Both the position numbers and the translations under genes were made by a program. DNA of 64,000 bases from a virus. Where the stretch lies: positions 1 through 64,000 of the IMG/VR virus record IMGVR_UViG_3300042885_000570; one strand, 5' to 3'. How positions within the stretch are numbered: position 1 is the stretch's first letter; each line of letters starts with the position of its first letter. Of this stretch, positions 38,701 to 48,399 are shown in pieces. The notes beneath the pieces are model-generated. The model searched no databases and was not told the origin of the DNA. It worked only from the letters and a program-made list of their open reading frames with translations.

Positions 38701-40995
38701 TGCAGACTTTAATGGTTGAAAAATACCTCCTGCTGTACGTGCTGCAGCTGCACTAATATCTCCACCACCTGTTGCTGGACCATTTGTAGATTCTGTTATA
38801 GACCATTTACCACCATTTTGAATTGCAGTTTCAATTACACCTGCTAGTGTTGCAACAATAACTACAGCATCAGCTAGTAATTTAAAGTTAGGATGTTGAT
38901 CTGGTTCTTGAAAGTATTGTACTGATGTACCAGATAATGAACCATATAGTTTTAACTCAGTAACAGATAAATATGGATTTCTAAAGTTAGTATCAGGAGA
39001 ATGAAAAGTTACCATATTAGATGGTATATCTTGAAGAGTATCATCCGTTAATCTGATATAAGGATCATTGTTACCTGCTACGTGTCCACCTATTGAACTT
39101 GAGTAAGGTGTAATAGTATTGAATGGATAATTGGGATATAGTCCTTTTCTACCTGCATTATTATTACCCTTGATTTCATAACTACGTAAGTTATTTAACA
39201 TACCTTTAGCTATGATAGATCTGTTACCTTCTCTTGAACCTCTTAGTATTTCATAACCTACTATTCCTGGTATATCAAAACCATCATTATCTTTAGGTAA
39301 AATAATATTTACAAAGTTGACACCCATCAGTCTAATAGCTTGTCCGCCTTGTGCATAATGGTTTGTTAAATTAGAACCATTGGTTATATTATCAGGAAAC
39401 TTGTGATGTCTTATTGGTTTACCACATAAGTCAAACTGAGGATCAGTTGTTCCTGTCCAACAATGAGATGATGCATTCCATACTTCATCTTTATTATCTG
39501 GATACTTTTCAGTAGATTCCCAGTAACCCATAGTACCTTGAGCCTTAATTATACCACCGTCTGGTAAAGTTCCAGATGCAGCATTTGCTGTAGCTGTATT
39601 ATATATTTCAAATACTCTATCATCTGTATTAATTGCATTTTGATCACTTAAAGGTGATGTTTCAGGTAATGTACCTCCACCTGGAACATTAAAGTCTACT
39701 GGAGCTCTACCTGGTATATGATATGATGCAGACTTATCACCGGTATTATAAATCCATCTTATAAAGAATGTATATACTTCATCTCTTAAGTAACTAGTAT
39801 TACTTCCCCCTTGTACATAATAATCTGCAGGATACTCAACAGAAACCCATTGAGCTTGTATTTGATTAGCTAAAGGCTGATAGTTAAAATCAAACTTAGA
39901 CCTTGGAGCTATTCTTAATAGATAATTATTAACCTCAGTAATTTGATCTGATGTTTCATACACAGCATTTCTCAAAGGTATTTGCTCAATAGGAACAGCT
40001 ATTAAATCAGTTTTAATCTGATCAAGATGTATTACTGAAGTCTTAGTAGAATATATACCAATTCTTTTTGCTACTGCACCTTGGTTAATAATCTGTACCA
40101 CTACTAATTCAAATTCATCAAAATTAGTTGAGTCAGCTGTAATAAGAATATCTATAGCTCCTTGTGAGTTATCAACACTCCAGATAGGTTGTGTATTACT
40201 TGGTGAAAAATAATCTGTAACTTTTTGACCGCTTATAGTGTATGCAATAGTAGCAAAGTAAGACCCATTTAATAATACCCCACCACCAACTCCTGGTTTA
40301 ACCTGAATTGTCGGTGTTTGCATTAAACGTGCAAGTCTTATATCTTCACAATTTAATGTAGTTAAGTCAGTACATATTATACAATCATTAATTGTTTGAC
40401 AGTTCTGATTCCAGGAAACACCAGGCCACTGTATTGTAGCAGATGTACCATTACTATATGTATTATTTCCAATCCATTGATATGTATCTCCTGGCCATAA
40501 TGCATCATCACCAATATTTAAATATCTATCTGGATTATTTCCATCAGCAAAGTATACAGCCCAAGAGCAATCTTCTTTTTCTCTTGAAGCACCAGTTATT
40601 AAATATCTTTTGTCAAAGTTTAAACAAGCATCTTGTACAATAATTCTATACTTACAAGTATCTTCTTCATATAATCCTATTTCATGTCCTGTAGGTAAAC
40701 CTATACCATTAGATGGATAAGCTACTGTAAATATTATCCATTTATCAGAATATAAATGTATTGTACCTATAATATATTTTTTACCAGATAGTGTTGCACC
40801 TGCTTCACCACATAAGACATTAGATACTTCATTAGATAAAGTACCTATGTTACCTTCAATAGTATTGTTCACAGCATTACGTGCATGTGTCCACATACCT
40901 TCAGCAATGAATGTAGGATCTGAATCTTTATTTAATCCTTTTACAAAGGTGTTTGTTTTATTTTGACTAGTATCTTGTATATTTTTCTTTGCCAT
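35773..40995 (-). CDS. Tail muzzle / tail stabilization protein (crAss-like)
   Basis: 1740 aa. N-terminal NTFVKGLNKD...ARNA..N...G.LSNE; YLRDEVY.F.I; FFGGDTYV; EYGS.QN; W.S.HDW.P. Beta-rich; follows ring protein genes. Confidence 0.85.
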   Translation of the reverse strand: MAKKNIQDTSQNKTNTFVKGLNKDSDPTFIAEGMWTHARNAVNNTIEGNIGTLSNEVSNVLCGEAGATLSGKKYIIGTIHLYSDKWIIFTVAYPSNGIGLPTGHEIGLYEEDTCKYRIIVQDACLNFDKRYLITGASREKEDCSWAVYFADGNNPDRYLNIGDDALWPGDTYQWIGNNTYSNGTSATIQWPGVSWNQNCQTINDCIICTDLTTLNCEDIRLARLMQTPTIQVKPGVGGGVLLNGSYFATIAYTISGQKVTDYFSPSNTQPIWSVDNSQGAIDILITADSTNFDEFELVVVQIINQGAVAKRIGIYSTKTSVIHLDQIKTDLIAVPIEQIPLRNAVYETSDQITEVNNYLLRIAPRSKFDFNYQPLANQIQAQWVSVEYPADYYVQGGSNTSYLRDEVYTFFIRWIYNTGDKSASYHIPGRAPVDFNVPGGGTLPETSPLSDQNAINTDDRVFEIYNTATANAASGTLPDGGIIKAQGTMGYWESTEKYPDNKDEVWNASSHCWTGTTDPQFDLCGKPIRHHKFPDNITNGSNLTNHYAQGGQAIRLMGVNFVNIILPKDNDGFDIPGIVGYEILRGSREGNRSIIAKGMLNNLRSYEIKGNNNAGRKGLYPNYPFNTITPYSSSIGGHVAGNNDPYIRLTDDTLQDIPSNMVTFHSPDTNFRNPYLSVTELKLYGSLSGTSVQYFQEPDQHPNFKLLADAVVIVATLAGVIETAIQNGGKWSITESTNGPATGGGDISAAAARTAGGIFQPLKSAYDVAINQYFTLGGYLVDSLNPLKDTIPALSIYNAFNTPFQLAAGTAAIAGAIGINGKTYSKEIPKYKYAGPIGLLNYLQQSIFYFAEGANTAIKLFYTFIPYRQYALQSIAEGFYSNFNAPNLSQVQRFNIEDSFYLKNNIQNVKPFSGINYVINNLKRQTTVTIRTSSKNSTVGGPDFITIPGVEDKSLVTLGTAVIAGLPVNTTDKKSNQFNLPIASQYGGMKVRLRNQYGQLDSIKQIPITPSEQKLNYNGENIPVTVRSFYCNINTPAGNRAVLVPLNVINQTPVFFGGDTYVNRYTEKNNMFFFYDWLYGQPDGYEYNYILRSMIAEPRFWVNSQLYDVADLTPTSLADIIAPPPGSGLLPRSYYQLDWKDYNYNDDNEGDYPGLFGVKDAYFYLANSSVRDFFVESDVLVDFRQPGTAVYEQHYDHNTYTDLNAMFNMNPDTIARGNYYAYDYSLSISKVFTQYFSQGNLQSRYYNPTVSQLCYTYYPDRVIYSLPQQNESSKDSWFVYLVNNYKDFKNRITSIKAYAKTGMFITFQNASPLVYQGVDTLETDLGTKITIGDGGLFANPPQNVTISDAEYEYGSSQNKFGVIATPAGMYYISQNQGRVFAFEGGLKEISQQGMKWWFSLFLPYKLIEDFPNYPHTDNPVAGIGTQAVYDNYNGVIYFSKKDYQLRKDLPANTTVEYIEYSNYFLVNGITKVDLGDPLIFENASWTTSFDPKNDYWVSHHDWSPDFVFPGRQYFMSTKGGKLWKHNYVCDSYCNFYGVQYPFEIEIPLITGQTVTTLKSMEYMLECYKNSTLNCVDQFHVLDFNFDKAVIYNSEQVSGYLNLNLFPKNNITLADTYPKVNPTSIDILFAKEENKYRFNQFWDITKNRGEFPIGSNYPPTGPLVPGTTILAGNYIQEVIWNTQSNGYIKTLNAVNLNYNKPQLERKKFRHYLNFLFLSKIDSKDVNMIVKLSNSKNQISLR

Positions 40996-41007
40996 AATGT
41001 AAAAGTA

Positions 41008-42024
41008 TTATAATATTCTTGTGCTATTGTAGTTATAACTTTTAAACATGTCATAATACTTAGCATACTGTGCTCTTCTGTTAGCCATCCATAAGCCTTT
41101 CATTTCTGCAAAGTTTGGAGTATTCACAATTGATAAAGCATAATTTCTAGCAGCTTTAAGTCTTTGCTCAATAAGTGATAACTTTTGAGATACATCCTCA
41201 CCATTAAGATACAAGTTTTCAAATATTCTTTGCTTCATAGCATACTCATAGTATTCATTGATCTCATCATGATCCGGAACTAATAAGTTACCATCAGCAT
41301 CTTCTAGTGCTCCTTGGTAATTAAGATATACTTTACCACATTCAAATGTAGTATGTAAGAATCCGTCTTTAAGCCACGCAGTATTTGGTGCATTTAAATA
41401 AAGATTTGGACAATCACATTCTATATTCTGAGATGCTTTAAATCTTAATGGTAGTATTGCTGTATAAACTCTTGTTACTCCTGTAGGTAACACTTGTATC
41501 AATTCAAATTGCTCACCTTTACAGTTAGAGAATACTCTAGGTTTAATACATGTATCACCAAATGGGTTATTAGGATCAAATCCAGGAACTACTACTGGAG
41601 AACAATCTGTAACATGACCTTGACAAGCTGCAGTATGATTACATGGATTAGCATTACATGTTCTACAGTTAACAGTTGGAGGAGCACATTGATCTATAGT
41701 ACTTGGTACCTCATTATACGGTACTTCCATTATAGTAGTACCACCATGTTGGTAACCCACATGTTCTTCAAATGTACCACATATAGATCCAAAGTTCATA
41801 GTAAAGAAATCATCAGGTAGTTTAACCTTATGATGCTCTACTTCTAATATAACTTCTTTAGTCATATTGATTCTTAACCCTAAGTCATATGTGACTCTCC
41901 TAGCAACTTTAATAAGTTGTTGAGGCTCTATCATATTTTCAAGAGCAAATGTGTTTAAATCAATTGTAACATCTTCCAGTAGCTGGTCAAATGTTCTTAG
42001 CTTTAGAGTATAATTAAAGTCCAT
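41008..42024 (-). CDS. Tail ring / tubular protein with Cys-rich insertion
   Basis: KE.ILEV...KVKLPDDF and G.V.LNY...EDADG.L.VPD motifs of P22 gp4-like ring proteins; immediately upstream of the muzzle gene. Confidence 0.75.
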   Translation of the reverse strand: MDFNYTLKLRTFDQLLEDVTIDLNTFALENMIEPQQLIKVARRVTYDLGLRINMTKEVILEVEHHKVKLPDDFFTMNFGSICGTFEEHVGYQHGGTTIMEVPYNEVPSTIDQCAPPTVNCRTCNANPCNHTAACQGHVTDCSPVVVPGFDPNNPFGDTCIKPRVFSNCKGEQFELIQVLPTGVTRVYTAILPLRFKASQNIECDCPNLYLNAPNTAWLKDGFLHTTFECGKVYLNYQGALEDADGNLLVPDHDEINEYYEYAMKQRIFENLYLNGEDVSQKLSLIEQRLKAARNYALSIVNTPNFAEMKGLWMANRRAQYAKYYDMFKSYNYNSTRIL

Positions 42025-42695
42025 TATCTTAATGAGTTTTGACTATCATCTGAACCATTAGTAGGTATACTGATAGACATAGTTAATTCTTTTAATACAT
42101 ATTGTTCAATCTCACCAAATAGATAATCTGGAAAAGGTAATTGATCATCATTTCTAAACCTGCATTCCTCTGAAGTATCACAGGTAAAACCTGATATGTT
42201 ACCTTCAAATACACCTTCAACTTTAATTGCTTCCCACTGTACATTTGGCATATATAAGTAACCATTCAAATACCAGAAATATTTTCTAGTATTATATTTA
42301 AAACTTGTAACCTTAGTCATTGATGAATATGTACCTGGATCAGTTCTGAATAATTCTACTGATGTATCTAATGAAGATACAGTACGTATAAGTGGACCAT
42401 TAAGCCCATCAAAAAACTTAGGTAGCTTTTCTTTAGTTCTTTTTATATAACATCCTGATGTAATTCCTACACATCCTGCTTCAACTTTATCTACATCCAT
42501 TAACTCTACATAAGTCAATGTAGAAAAGATTGAACTAATCTTCATTAACCTATTCTGGTTATCTTCTCTTTTTAATAGAGACTTGCCATATTTAGATATA
42601 GCAAAGTATATAGTTCTATCAGTTAAGAATGGATCTTCCTTAACTGCTTTAAGAGCATTTCTTACTCTTGATATTGCTTCTCCTATAGTTGTCAT
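42024..42695 (-). CDS. Tail ring protein
   Basis: T..E.ISRVR...K....D..LTDR.I; Y.WYLNGYLY.PN; GVFE...C...D..PFP.YL. Paralog-like to the other ring proteins. Confidence 0.7.
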   Translation of the reverse strand: MTTIGEAISRVRNALKAVKEDPFLTDRTIYFAISKYGKSLLKREDNQNRLMKISSIFSTLTYVELMDVDKVEAGCVGITSGCYIKRTKEKLPKFFDGLNGPLIRTVSSLDTSVELFRTDPGTYSSMTKVTSFKYNTRKYFWYLNGYLYMPNVQWEAIKVEGVFEGNISGFTCDTSEECRFRNDDQLPFPDYLFGEIEQYVLKELTMSISIPTNGSDDSQNSLR

Positions 42696-43279
42696 ATGTC
42701 AAATTCATTATATGTTTCTAATCTTTTATTATCTCTATCTTGTGCATAGCTTTTTTTAATAGCATACTCAAACATCTTACGTATTTTTTTCATTGGATCA
42801 ACCTGAATATAAATAGGCCAATTTGTTGAATATGTTTTAGCAACTCCTCTTTTAAATAATCTACATCCATTGAATGCCCAGCATTCTCTATTGCTGAATC
42901 TGTATTTATTTTGTAGTGTTGTATAAAATATCTTTGCTAGTTTACCGTCTGTATCCCAGTTATTATTTGTAACTATCACACCATACTTAGTTGACTTAGC
43001 AAAATCAATATTTTTTTTCTTGCTTGTTTGACAGGTCCCTATAAATATGTGCCCAATGTTTTCTGGTAACTCTACACCATCTCTTGTATCAATTACAGTT
43101 TCCCAAAACACTTTATGAAAAGTATTGCAAATAGTTCTCAGGTCTTTATCACTTACATCTTTAAATCTTTTATGCTTTTCTCTAAATGCATTGAAGAATT
43201 TTTGATTCAAGATGTGATGTACTTCAGGTCTAAATCTTTTACCTTTTACATCTGGCCCTTTAAATACTTTACTTTCCAT
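42692..43279 (-). CDS. HU/IHF-like DNA-binding protein (crAss-like)
   Basis: Basic; helical N-terminus then DGVELPENIGHIFI, resembling the HU beta-arm entry; gene position matches crAss-like IHF genes. Confidence 0.55.
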   Translation of the reverse strand: MESKVFKGPDVKGKRFRPEVHHILNQKFFNAFREKHKRFKDVSDKDLRTICNTFHKVFWETVIDTRDGVELPENIGHIFIGTCQTSKKKNIDFAKSTKYGVIVTNNNWDTDGKLAKIFYTTLQNKYRFSNRECWAFNGCRLFKRGVAKTYSTNWPIYIQVDPMKKIRKMFEYAIKKSYAQDRDNKRLETYNEFDI

Positions 43280-43290
43280 ATCCTATATAT

Positions 43291-43307
43291 TAATATACTA
43301 AAAATTT
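43291..43307 (-). promoter_or_regulatory. Putative late promoter element
   Basis: Minus strand AAATTTTTAGTATATTA about 12 nt upstream of the ATG; near-identical element at 49797-49814. Confidence 0.45.
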
Positions 43308-43361
43308 CAGACTTATAAAAGTTTACAAGTCAAAACAAATATAGTACTTATAACTCATATA

Positions 43362-43397
43362 TAAAAAATAACCCCGGTAATGAGCACATACCGGGGT
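43362..43397 (-). terminator. Rho-independent terminator
   Basis: ACCCCGGTA / TACCGGGGT 9-bp stem followed on the minus strand by TATTTTT, downstream of the fibre gene. Confidence 0.75.
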
Positions 43398-43438
43398 CTT
43401 GTTGTTAGCCACAGAAACCAACAAACTGCGACATATTT

Positions 43439-44674
43439 TTAATCTGCTAATAATACTTTAACAGCTACACCATTTATAATTACGCTCCAATATTTTGTTT
43501 GTGTCACTGAACCCGTAGTAATAGTACCTGCATTAGAGCTTACTGAACCTACAATAAATTGATTATTACCCGTAGCAGTTGCTCCATTACCTATTATAAT
43601 AGAATTACTAAAATTATTAGAAGCAGTGGATGAACCAATACTAATATTATCACTTCCTGTAGTATTATCAACTAAGGCATTAGCACCAATACCAATATTA
43701 TTGCTACCTATAGTATTACTGTTTAAAGCCGCATAACCTATTCCTGTATTATTACCACCTGTAGTTGTAAAAGAAAGCACTACTGAACCTACTCCTGTAT
43801 TACCACTACTTGTACTATATGCTAATGCATCTTTTCCAACTGCTGTATTTTGACCACCAGTAATATTTGAAAGTAAAGATCTTGCTCCAATTGCTGTATT
43901 GGTCCCCCCATTAGTATTGTTTAATAAAGCAGATGTTCCTAATGCTGTATTATAAGACCCTGCAATATTTGCATCAAGTGCATCTTTACCTACTGCAGTA
44001 TTAGTTGAAATATTTCCTAAACCTGTTCCAATTTTTACAGTATTGAAATAAGAATCAGCTCCTATATATATTGCAGCAGGTCTTTCAATATCTCCAGTTT
44101 TATTTGAACCAGCATCTGTTGTTGTTCCTTGCAAATAAAAATTGGAGCCACCTCCTCCACCTCCACCTGTAGCAACAAGTGGACTAGCAGGTGTACCAAG
44201 ACCGGTAATAGTTGTACCATCTACAGAAATTCTAACAATAGGATTTTGAGGATCTGTATTATCAGTATTTAAACCAGTTACAGATTGTACTAAACCATCT
44301 ACAAGTTCACAACAAGCTATAAGTTCATTTACAGTTGTTGTTAAAGATGTTATTTTACTATTTATTTCAATTATCTCTCCTTCAATTGTAGTAAGTCTAT
44401 TATTAATAATAAGTAATTGAGAATTGATGTAGAGAGTCAATTTAATAATTTCTTCACAGAAATAAGACACAATACTATCAAGTGCTTCTGCAATTGTATC
44501 ATCTTGATTTACTACAATATCTTCACCACATAGAATATCAGGTAATGTAAATACGATACACTGTGCATCAAATACTTCTGCACACGGTTGAGGATTTGGA
44601 CAAGCCGCTGGAGTTGGGCATGGGGGTAAAGAAGGATAAGCATCTTGACAACCGCATTTTATACATGTATTCAT
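43439..44674 (-). CDS. Tail fibre / adhesin: Cys-rich anchor, coiled coil, 14-aa beta-solenoid repeats
   Basis: Repeats NTAVGKDALDANIA / NTALGTSALLNNTN / NTAIGARSLLSNIT etc.; Gly-rich hinge. Confidence 0.75.
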   Translation of the reverse strand: MNTCIKCGCQDAYPSLPPCPTPAACPNPQPCAEVFDAQCIVFTLPDILCGEDIVVNQDDTIAEALDSIVSYFCEEIIKLTLYINSQLLIINNRLTTIEGEIIEINSKITSLTTTVNELIACCELVDGLVQSVTGLNTDNTDPQNPIVRISVDGTTITGLGTPASPLVATGGGGGGGSNFYLQGTTTDAGSNKTGDIERPAAIYIGADSYFNTVKIGTGLGNISTNTAVGKDALDANIAGSYNTALGTSALLNNTNGGTNTAIGARSLLSNITGGQNTAVGKDALAYSTSSGNTGVGSVVLSFTTTGGNNTGIGYAALNSNTIGSNNIGIGANALVDNTTGSDNISIGSSTASNNFSNSIIIGNGATATGNNQFIVGSVSSNAGTITTGSVTQTKYWSVIINGVAVKVLLAD

Positions 44675-44682
44675 AATATTTT

Positions 44683-46131
44683 TTATTTAACTTTTTGAAT
44701 TGATAATCTTGCAACATCACCTGCTGTTGCTGTATATGCAACATCGCTTAAGTTTAAAATGTTTAATTGAAGTTGAGCACCTACTGTTAAATCTAAACCT
44801 AATGCAGTTCCTGTAATATCTACAAATTGAGTTACTTGATTAAGAGTTGCACTACTTACAACATAGTATCCTGCAGATGTTGAACTTACAATTCCTGCTA
44901 TCACCATGCCACTAGTAAAACCTACACCTGGTTTAGATAAATGAACATAAAAGTTTAAATTATATCTACCTGTTGCTGGACAAGACCACACACCTGTTGC
45001 TGGATTATAAGCATTGTCTTCATCATATAACTCAGTTAAAAGTTGTACTACACCGTCACCAATTAAATTAATTGATGAAGAAGGTGTTTCAAGTGGAAGA
45101 TTAGATGGAGTACTTGATGCAAGCATTGCTCCTGGTACAATAACATCAGCTGTTAAAGTATACGTTGGTCCTACACCTACTGATAAGTTTACAGTTGCTG
45201 TATCAGCTATTGATGGAGCTTGAGGTATTACATCGGCACTAACTACATAAGCAGGTCCACCTGTTACATTCATAGTAATTGTTGGAGTAGCTAATGCAGC
45301 TACTGTTACACTTCCATCTCTTAAATCTTTAATACAAGCCCAGACATTATTTAATGTACCAGCAATAGTTCCAGTTGGTGCAGTCCATAAACCTGCATAC
45401 TGTGCAGACATTTGTGCAGCTGGATTAACTTTAGATAAGTCAGTAGATGCAACAGTTTGATTTGAAATTGTTGCAGCTAATTGGCCACTGTTACCAGTAA
45501 TAGCAACATATGGAAACCAGATCTGATTAATGTATGATTGAACAACTGTTTCAACGGGTTGTGTACCACTCAATGATGGTATTGAAGGTAATGTTTGAGT
45601 TAATGTTACTTCTAATACTGGAATAACAGGAGCAGGTGCATCTTCTAATGTAGTTACTCTAACATCTAAATCATTAATAGCAGCTTGTTGTAATGCATTT
45701 GTATCAATGATTGCACAAACCTTTTCTCCAATAGCAATTGCATATTCAGTAAGAGTCATTGTTGTTGCAGTTCCTACAACAAAACAAGGAGCTACAGTGA
45801 TAATACAATCAGTTGGACAACCAGTTGAATCACCAGGTGTACTTGGCGTGCTTGGAGCATTTTCAAGTTCACAAATCTTTACAATTAAAAAGTTAATTAA
45901 ATCAGTAAATGTTTGTGGAGCACAGTTGACTAAATTGAAACAACTTATATCATATGCTGAAATATTAAATGTATCTAACAGAGTACATAATTCAGTAGCT
46001 AGTTTTGCAACTACATCTGTAATACTATCACCTTTACATACATTTATACATGCTAAATCAGGACCACCCCAAATTACACAATTTGAAGATGTTGGTGAGC
46101 ATGGAGAATTATCAAAGTTTAATGGTTTCAT
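44683..46131 (-). CDS. Fibre protein with Cys-rich N-terminus and C-terminal C1q-like domain
   Basis: YDEDNAYNPATGVWSCPATGRYNLNF matches the C1q signature. N-terminal CSPTSSNCVIWGGPDLAC; short coiled coil. Confidence 0.7.
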   Translation of the reverse strand: MKPLNFDNSPCSPTSSNCVIWGGPDLACINVCKGDSITDVVAKLATELCTLLDTFNISAYDISCFNLVNCAPQTFTDLINFLIVKICELENAPSTPSTPGDSTGCPTDCIITVAPCFVVGTATTMTLTEYAIAIGEKVCAIIDTNALQQAAINDLDVRVTTLEDAPAPVIPVLEVTLTQTLPSIPSLSGTQPVETVVQSYINQIWFPYVAITGNSGQLAATISNQTVASTDLSKVNPAAQMSAQYAGLWTAPTGTIAGTLNNVWACIKDLRDGSVTVAALATPTITMNVTGGPAYVVSADVIPQAPSIADTATVNLSVGVGPTYTLTADVIVPGAMLASSTPSNLPLETPSSSINLIGDGVVQLLTELYDEDNAYNPATGVWSCPATGRYNLNFYVHLSKPGVGFTSGMVIAGIVSSTSAGYYVVSSATLNQVTQFVDITGTALGLDLTVGAQLQLNILNLSDVAYTATAGDVARLSIQKVK

Positions 46132-46165
46132 ATCTTTTGTATATATTATAATATAAGTATTTTAA

Positions 46166-47686
46166 TTAAGAATTACAACCACATCCGCAATCAATATCTC
46201 TTTGACAACAGTTGCTTGTTGGTGCACATAAATAATCTGGGTTATTAATTGCTTGTAATTCAAGTAATTGGAACTTAATGTCAAGGCGCATGATTTCTTC
46301 TTCAGAACAACATGGTGCAATACCATATCTTTCTGATATAACATTTCTATAAAGTATCTCAGAATACTCACATGCAATTCTTTCATAGTATTGAGTTGTA
46401 CACGCAGGAGAATTATATCCTGGTCTTACACTTCTTATAGGTTTTGGAACTACACATTGACTATCTACACAGTCTCCACAGTTTGTAGTTATTTTTGGTA
46501 AAGCCCAGTCTCCTGGAAAGATCCATTTTAATACACACTGTTGTGCACTTTGTTCACCAGCAGCAAGTATAATGCTTCCATAAACATTATCACAATCCAA
46601 ATATCCAAATGTTTGAGTAGTAGTAGAGTTATTAGTTATAGCACTACATATACATGGAGAAGTAAGTGCACACTCTAAACATGTAGCATAAGTATCTCCA
46701 ACAATTACTAAATCATCTGATGTATTAACTGTAGTTTCTGCAACAGTCCAACAAGTATCAGGATAAAATGTAAGTTTAACTATTTCACCAACATATGCTG
46801 CTAAATTTGTTGTTGTGTAGATAGCACCTCTTATTTCATCACAATCATATAAAACATATCTCTGAGCTTCACACTCTGGACAACTTGCAAAACTACTTAT
46901 TATAGTTACTACTGATGGTGATGGATAAATACTTGAAAACACAGTAACATTAAAACATCCTGGATGCTCTTCCATTGTTACAGTCTTACCTATATAAGCA
47001 GATAAGTCTTGTTCAGTAAATACTGTTAATGGGTTTGATGTTCCACAAGATTGTAATTTATAATAATTAGGTGGATTACATGTAGCACATGAATCAAATG
47101 TTTGTGTAACTGTTGTACTTACATAAGGCAACTCTTCATCACATGCTAGCAATAAAACAATTGTCCAGCATCCTGTAAATTCTGCTAACTTAACAGTTTC
47201 ATTTAATGCATAAGGAAAAGCAAGATCTTGATTGTATGAATATATTACTTCATCTGTATCACAGTTTGTTAATTCATAACATGATGTTGGACAACCTGAT
47301 ATTAAATTACATGTTTCACCTACAAATATTTCATTATCTAATCCTGATACTATAGGATAAGAGTATGAACAAATTTTAACTGGTGCTGTTACTGTTTCAA
47401 CAACATAACCGTCATCAATTGTAATATAAGAAACATTACCTGTACCTGTAATAGTATAACATTTGGGAACACAAACACCACATAGTAGTTCATAGTATAT
47501 TGAAATCGGTGTAATAACACTTGGTGTAGAATCAAAACTCAAAACATACCAACAGGGAACTGGTTCTAAATTAGTATAGACTAAGTCACCAACATTAGCT
47601 GCACACTCTGGACAACCTGCATCATCAGTATATACAACTTGATCATTAATACAATTGACTAACTTATAAAAAAAATTTCTTGCCAT
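46166..47686 (-). CDS. Cysteine-rich repeat virion protein (possible tail hub-associated)
   Basis: 41 Cys in 506 aa by manual count; roughly 70-aa repeats Y.L..C...C(W/F).V...C..C. Confidence 0.7.
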   Translation of the reverse strand: MARNFFYKLVNCINDQVVYTDDAGCPECAANVGDLVYTNLEPVPCWYVLSFDSTPSVITPISIYYELLCGVCVPKCYTITGTGNVSYITIDDGYVVETVTAPVKICSYSYPIVSGLDNEIFVGETCNLISGCPTSCYELTNCDTDEVIYSYNQDLAFPYALNETVKLAEFTGCWTIVLLLACDEELPYVSTTVTQTFDSCATCNPPNYYKLQSCGTSNPLTVFTEQDLSAYIGKTVTMEEHPGCFNVTVFSSIYPSPSVVTIISSFASCPECEAQRYVLYDCDEIRGAIYTTTNLAAYVGEIVKLTFYPDTCWTVAETTVNTSDDLVIVGDTYATCLECALTSPCICSAITNNSTTTQTFGYLDCDNVYGSIILAAGEQSAQQCVLKWIFPGDWALPKITTNCGDCVDSQCVVPKPIRSVRPGYNSPACTTQYYERIACEYSEILYRNVISERYGIAPCCSEEEIMRLDIKFQLLELQAINNPDYLCAPTSNCCQRDIDCGCGCNS

Positions 47687-47692
47687 TATGTT

Positions 47693-47827
47693 TTATTTTT
47701 TTGGTTGTTGCTTAAGCTTCACTTCATATGCTGTAATACAGTTAGTACATACTTGAGCTTTATTTGATGCAACTCTTTTTTGACATCCGCAAGAAAGAGC
47801 TTTTTTACAATTAGGACATGCTGCCAT
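47693..47827 (-). CDS. Small Cys-rich / zinc-finger-like protein (44 aa, not in ORF track)
   Basis: MAACPNCKKALSCGCQKRVASNKAQVCTNCITAYEVKLKQQPKK; fills the intergenic gap; A-rich initiation region. Confidence 0.75.
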   Translation of the reverse strand: MAACPNCKKALSCGCQKRVASNKAQVCTNCITAYEVKLKQQPKK

Positions 47828-47846
47828 TTTTATTGGTTTTAATGGG

Positions 47847-48389
47847 TTAACAACTTTTACAATTAATTTTTTTCATCAACTTTACAGCATAGTTGTAAAG
47901 AGACATTCCTTGATTAGCTTCATGACAGAATTCTACTTTTGCTTTAGCAGCATCCAAGTACATCTTAGCCATTTTAAGACTCTCAAGTTTTTGTTGAATT
48001 ACTTGAGACGGTTCACATGCAGCAAGATCTAAGTTACATAAAATAGTATTATAAGTATTTAATGCTTTAGATATTCTTAAGTGATTGTATTCTACAAATA
48101 CTATATCATTAGGTGATACACTATACTTGATAACGTATATACCATCAGGTATATCAGCTAATACAGTTGCACAATTCTGTGTTTGTAATTGTAAATCACA
48201 TGCTGTAAGTATTGTATTATCACCTGGTACAATTGTAAGTTGTGTAGAATAATTAAATCCTGGTACCGTTACATTTAATGTAGGGCACGTAACTGGAATT
48301 AACGGTGTATAAATACTTGTATCAAGTATAGACATGATGCAAGGATTCAATACAGTTGGGACTTCTAAACTTAATATATGTTGAGCCAT
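47847..48389 (-). CDS. Putative tail hub protein
   Basis: Ig-like N-terminal half (L.VTVPGF, IPDGIY.IKYSVSP) plus helical C-terminal half; gene position matches crAss-like hub genes. Confidence 0.55.
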   Translation of the reverse strand: MAQHILSLEVPTVLNPCIMSILDTSIYTPLIPVTCPTLNVTVPGFNYSTQLTIVPGDNTILTACDLQLQTQNCATVLADIPDGIYVIKYSVSPNDIVFVEYNHLRISKALNTYNTILCNLDLAACEPSQVIQQKLESLKMAKMYLDAAKAKVEFCHEANQGMSLYNYAVKLMKKINCKSC

Positions 48390-48399
48390 AATGTTTTAT

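Noticed and set aside
43308-43438. Possible ncRNA in the intergenic gap
   Set aside because: Structure is explained by a terminator hairpin plus a promoter-like element; no further conserved fold is evident.
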